Assembly: GCA_002633005.1 (NCBI GenBank)
Contig: NMRA01000014.1
Coordinates: 149,150 to 213,149, forward strand
Length of the DNA stretch: 64,000 nucleotides
DNA from: Phoronis australis
Lineage: Eukaryota > Animalia > Phoronida
Direction of reading: 5' to 3'
Within the stretch, counting starts at the first letter, position 1. Each line of letters starts with the position of its first letter. The notes beneath the pieces were generated by a model, which ran no database searches, was not told where the DNA came from, and saw only the letters and a program-made list of their open reading frames with translations. Of this stretch, positions 58,613 through 64,000 are shown in pieces. Made by a program: the position numbers and the translations under genes.

Positions 58613-61600
58613 CATGGCAGGCTCGTTTCTGCGCTGACCCTCTGAGAAAATGGACACATGACCAGAAAGGACAGCGGTTGCTTTGGACGGTCACACGGAT
58701 TTAGATTAAATTTATGTAATCAACAATGTAAAGATTCGTCCTTGGGTGTCTCTAAGTACAAATACATTTTATGTGCTTCGGAATGTTTTCGACTCAAAGA
58801 GTACGTCACACTTCTGCCCCCACATGTTATTTCACTATTAAGCCTGTTATCACAGGGATATGCATTTTAACTTTCTGTTCTGATTGAAGTTCGCACATGC
58901 CCAAATTTGGAACACCTCCGGAAGTCTTCGGATGCGTTTCATGTCTGCACATGTGCAAACTTCAATTATCACAGTAAAGAGGTTTGGCATGACCATATTT
59001 TGACACATTCACCGGTCGAGATTGGGCACTCGACCTGTTTGCGTACCTGGAAATCTTACGGCATTGATCAAAGGCATCGTACTGTTGTAGTTAATTACAT
59101 CGCCTCAGGCTGCTGATGTTATATCGTTCTCTAGATAACCATACCCACCATAAAGACACTGTAGGCGTGGCATGGGGTTTCTATAATGTTGACATATTAT
59201 GCTCCTCATTAATTCTACTGGAAGTGCTGCTTTATAGGGCCAATTACCAAACTACAAGGCATCAGTTGGATTTTGAGGTAAGCCAAGTGTCATCGTACAA
59301 TTCTTGGCATGGACAACAAACTAGGGATAAGTTGAAGCCGCGAAAAAAACCGTAGTGTTCCGAATGGATCCGTTGTACAAATAACGAGTGCAGGTGTCAC
59401 GGGAAAAACCTTTGCCGGGAAAAACCTTTTTGCTAAGGCACCTTAATGCGCATGCGCGGAAATTGGCAAATCTTTTTTCCGTCGTTGAAACGGAAAAAAC
59501 AATTGCCGGGAAAAACCTTTGCTCCGGTTGAGCCTTATTGCGTGTGTTTTGAAATCTAATCAAATGTTAATGCGGTGTTTATAGATTTAATATTGCAGCT
59601 ATTTACTGCTTTTATGTTTCAAGTGTTTGTTTATTTTGTGGTAAGATAAGGACAACGAGGGCATGTCGTAATTTCCCCCAACGGAGTGTCCCGGGAAATA
59701 CATTTGCCATTCTACTGCTAGTCAAAGTTTAATAACTGACTTGTATTTTTTGCATTGCAAATATCCCGTGATGTAGTTAAGACAAGCAACTGCCTAGAAA
59801 TGCATGTGTTCTAGTGCATGCCGAAGGACAGGAGCGAGAAGACTGAAGTTCAAGTGTCGGGAAATATCTTTGCTCTGCGAAATACATTCGCCACTGCATC
59901 CAAATGTTGCCATTCATACAATCGTCGTACTAGCAAACTAATTTCCCGCAACGGAGTTGCAAGGATTTTTCCTCGCGAGGCGATGCTATATTTGTTAGAT
60001 TTATTTTACCTGGCATTCGTTAACTCTCAAAGCATGCGGACGAGGTGTGCTTAGCCGATTACCTTCTGCAGCCAATGACAATTAAGTATTGTATCCGGCA
60101 CATGATCCACAAAGGCTCTCTTCATGGTTCATAGTACGCGTGCGCACTATATTAGAAGGCTATTTACTGCGTGCTTTGTTTAATTAAAGGCCAGAGAACA
60201 TTTTGCCTCGCCGTATACGATTAACAGTTACGTGGACTCGAGGTACATTTCACTTGCGGTACGCAGCTCAGCTCGTATTAAATACCCTTTTTGCGAATGT
60301 AAATTTTATATTCTGTGTAACCACTTGTAAGCTCATGGGGCTTAGCTGTATCTCTTTATTATGTGTATTTGTAGTGCAATTCCTTTTGTGATGTTTAAAT
60401 GGCACTATAAAGAATACTGGGTCTTAGAGCCTCGTTTTCCTTTGCTGCGTGATGGTCCTGTAACGTTATACATTTCATCACGGAGGCTGCTGCCACCTCT
60501 GGGATGTTTATCAGCTTTCAAGTTTTGCATCAAACTCTCCAGGAACAAATCCACCGGTTCCTGAAAGCGTGTATCTAGGAACAAAAATCTCTACTTCTTT
60601 CCTAAAGTCAGCTTCACGTAATAACTGTGTTTGTCTGGTGCAGTTCTGCGTGTAAACATCTATTGTTCAAGTTCTTCACCTCCTTTTAAATTCATTTTTG
60701 TGGTGATGGTCTAGAAAAAGCTGTAAGGATTTATTGTGAGTTTTGAACTACCAGAGCAACTATATTGAGAAAACTAACAGTCACAAGAAGGCACCACAGG
60801 TCACAGTCATAATGAAACACGCCAACCTTCGATGACAATCACTTTGACGCACTCTGAAAAAGTTGCGTCAAGGCATTGCTAAAAACACTGATTTTCTAAA
60901 ATCTTGGAATACGTACCAATCTCCCAACTGCCACTCTAATTTTATTTTGAAACAAAAAATCCCACTTGTAGCTTTTTTATTTCCAGAGGAAAAAGAAAAC
61001 AATTGGAGAAAATCTGTACTTGCGAATTTTATTTTCTTCCCGGTCCCTCATATTTTGGTGACAAAATGAGTAAACCAATTAGATAAAAATCCTGGTTTAG
61101 CCACAGTAATCAAAATTGCAATAAAATTTGGATTGGAGGAAAATGACATTTCGGCAAAATCAGTGATAAAACTGATTTTTCAAAATTATTTGGATGAATG
61201 GATTTTTACCAGTCAGATTAATTGATCCTCTCCGGTCGCCACCAATTCAGTCTCGCAAGTCACGCTCATAGGAGAAGATTTGCGTGTTGCTACTGCAGGG
61301 TGTTTCCTCGGAACAGGAATCTCGGTGTAAAATAGATATCCCGGGGTCGAAAACAGACTGCAGCATCTTCAAAACAGCTAACCAGCCCAAAAATCACGAG
61401 CCATGGCCTTTAAAACAGGAACCCTGGGGATCGGGCAGGAAACTCGGTGACCGAAACACCAGTTCCGCACTTTCCGTCAAACGTTGTCTGGTGAAAAACA
61501 AATCTTCCTGCTTTAAATAGTTGTTGTGATATGTTGTTTGTTTTATTATATGAGAATTTTAGACAAATTTTGACAGATTGGCGTTCTACCGTTATTCTGC

Positions 61601-62042
61601 TGCACTCTTTTGCGTCGGCTTTCCGGGGCCATGAAATATTGCGTCACCTCTTGGACAGTTTCTTTTTGAGCCAATTCTTCAACTAGCTGTTCGTCTTCCA
61701 CGATGTTGTGTTTATATCACAACAAAATAATCAAAAATGGCACGAAATTATATTTTTGTTTTTCATCTTTGAAATTATTTTGTAGAAACTATTGAATAAT
61801 CTAAAAGATAACAACTTGTTGAGAGTATTACACTATGTTGAAATTCGCTAACAGACAACTTGCATGAGTTTTACCGATAAAAATCAAATATGTTACGATT
61901 TATTATTGACAATTGTTAACAAACAAGTGCATAAAACAACTGGAAAGTACTTGAAGATGATTTAATTCAAAGTTTTAAGCCAATGAAAACAGTTTCAAGA
62001 AATTTGAAAAATAGTCCGGGTGTCCTGTCCGATCCCTGGATT

Positions 62043-62236
62043 CAGTGGCGGATTTTGGAGGGCCAAGGGAGTCATTGAACAACTACCCCGTTAACCGTTT
62101 TTTAGTAATAAGGTCTACAGACCAAAAATTCTAGACCCCTGCACCTACATTTTACGCTGGGCGCGCTCATATGGCAAAATTCTGGCTATTCCTGCGCACT
62201 GCCCCCCCCAACTCAAAATCCTGGATCCGCCCTTGG
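62043..62236. mobile_element. hAT-type MITE
   Basis: Ends CAGTGGCGGAT... and ...GGATCCGCCCTTG with a C-run subterminus. A similar end (CAGTAGCGG...) starts at ~62364. Confidence 0.5.
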
Positions 62237-62803
62237 GATTCCTGTTCCTACCCCTTTTTTTCGGGCTGGCAAGCTGCTTTGAAGGTGCAGGTGTCCGTTT
62301 TCGACTCCGGAATACCTGTTTTATACTGGGACTCCTGTTTCGATGGAAAACCCTGCGCTGAACCAGTAGCGGCTTTTAGAAGGGTCAAGGGGGCCATGCG
62401 CCTCCCCNCACCAAAAAAGAAAATCCCCATGACAACGCTAACGAGTCACGACTGAGAAAGGTCATTGACTGCACTTTCAGGCGACTGATTATAGACCTAA
62501 TTAACACGGCGGACATTAAAATCCTTAGCCAAACGATACATGCTTGCCAAACAGGTGCAAAACTAGTACTTTTGCTTTGGGGGGTCAAGCGTTGTTTGTT
62601 CTACATTTTGGTACGCCTGCCCTACAAATTCTCTGAAAGCCAAAATGAAACAGACAGCTTTATTATAACAACAAATCAACGAATAGCAACTATGGAATTT
62701 TTGTATAGTAATTTACTAGTCTACACTTACCTTAGTTGGTGGTATTTCATCGAAATTGTCTTGTTAGATAGTTTCCTTGGTTAACACTGTATCAAAACAT
62801 TTA

Positions 62804-63182
62804 TTGCGACGGGTCTAGTTATATTTATATAGATAGACCCATTGCGGCGGGTCAACCTTATATATATATAACTGGACCTATCACGACGGGTCACTTATAT
62901 TATATAGATAGACCCATTCCGAATTTGGTGTACCAAACAGAGAGTTCGCTGATNTTGCGACGGGTCCAGTTATATTTATATAGATACACCCATTGCGGCG
63001 GGTCAACCTTATATATATATAACTGGACCTATCACGACGGGTCCAGTTATATTTATATAGATAGACCCATTGCGGCGGGTCAACCTTATGTATATATAAC
63101 TGGACCTATCACGACGGGTCACTTATATTATATAGATAGACCCATTCCGAATTTGGTGTACCAAACAGAGAGTTCGCTGATC
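62804..63182. repeat. Tandem array of ~36-38-bp palindromic units, duplicated across an N at 62954
   Basis: Units GGGTCCAGTTATATTTATATAGATAGACCC and GGGTCAACCTTATATATATATAACTGGACC alternate. The tail CCGAATTTGGTGTACCAAACAGAGAGTTCGCTGAT occurs twice. Confidence 0.9.
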
Positions 63183-63419
63183 AACCTTTACTGACAGGTG
63201 TGCCCACCTATAATCACATTTTATGTGGAAACACATATATTTATATGTGTGTCCCCATTTTTGTCCATGAAAAGCAAAATTTTACTAGATAAGAAAAGTA
63301 AGAAGCTGTTACTGTCGGACAATCAAACAAAATGTTAACTAAACGTTATCATCTTCAGGTAGAGTTCGATATCCTTGTTGTAAACTTGTGAGAAGTCATT
63401 GAAACGTCACAAACCAGAG

Positions 63420-64000
63420 ATCTTTATCTTTAGCTCATAATTATTTTTCTTATTCCAAACATCGATTGTAGCTTCAGCGCATATGGTATCAGTCAATTCC
63501 CTTTCAGTTGCAAGAACAATCAGGTCGTCCAGTCTCTCGTCATTCATAGTTGAACGGAGGCAATTTTTGATAATTTTCATTTTCCTGAAAGTTCTCTAGT
63601 CTTTTGCCAGCGGCGGTGAAAGCCAACCTAGCCACTTTGCAAATGCACAAGAAGATCCCTTTATTCTTGAAAATGAAGTTACACACGCCGCTAAACGTAT
63701 AAAGAGGTGACTTCAAGGACGTACACAGATTGATGTAGATATCATGCTCAGTTTCCGTGTATGCTTTGAAGAGCTCGCAAATTGCCAGAAATTCCTTTCC
63801 TGTAGGAATTGCAAGAGGTGGTTGAAGTAATTTACCAAGAAGTTCAGTATGGGAAAGGCAACATATTATGTTGCCTCTATACTCGCTAGCCAGCGTATCG
63901 AGAACCTCAATCATCCATCTACAGTATGTTTCGTGGCAACCCAGAGCTGTTGAAGTTAAAGCGCATTGGTTAAGCCTTTTTGGTATACGCTTCTTCCTTT
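63420..64000 (-). pseudogene. hAT transposase C-terminal relic (hATC dimerisation domain), frameshifted, running off the window end
   Basis: After a frameshift near 63600 the minus strand reads RTFRKMKIIKNCLRSTMNDERLDDLIVLATERE, matching the hATC consensus ERSFSxLKxIKxxLRSTMxxERLxxL. The upstream part is ORF 63540-63914. Confidence 0.8.

Overview
AT-rich, intron-rich animal genomic DNA, probably from a marine lophotrochozoan such as a mollusc (inferred from gene structure and repeat types). Five protein-coding genes can be spliced by hand. (1) The central and 3' part of REV3L (DNA polymerase zeta) on the minus strand, 9 exons from 14071 to 2158, running off the window start. (2) The first five exons of MRPS5 on the minus strand, 28736-24575. 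(3) A complete 4-exon COX16 on the plus strand, 29022-34418, head-to-head with MRPS5. (4) A LIN-24/ETX-MTX2 aerolysin-type beta-pore-forming protein with one coding exon, plus strand, 40936-41691. (5) A complete 8-exon gene on the minus strand, 58558-44000, largely missed by the ORF track, for a secreted 346-aa protein with five Kazal domains joined by Ser-Gly/Asp-rich linkers. The most striking structure is a ~10.15-kb element (14210-24363) bounded by ~400-bp inverted repeats. It sits exactly where the 3' half of MRPS5 and the 5' part of REV3L should be, and I could not find either by eye. The rest is Helentron-type HINE repeats rich in CTCF-like motifs, MITEs (one a near-perfect 379-bp palindrome), SINE/LINE relics, minisatellites and a hAT transposase pseudogene. 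All homology calls come from recalled motifs, not database searches.
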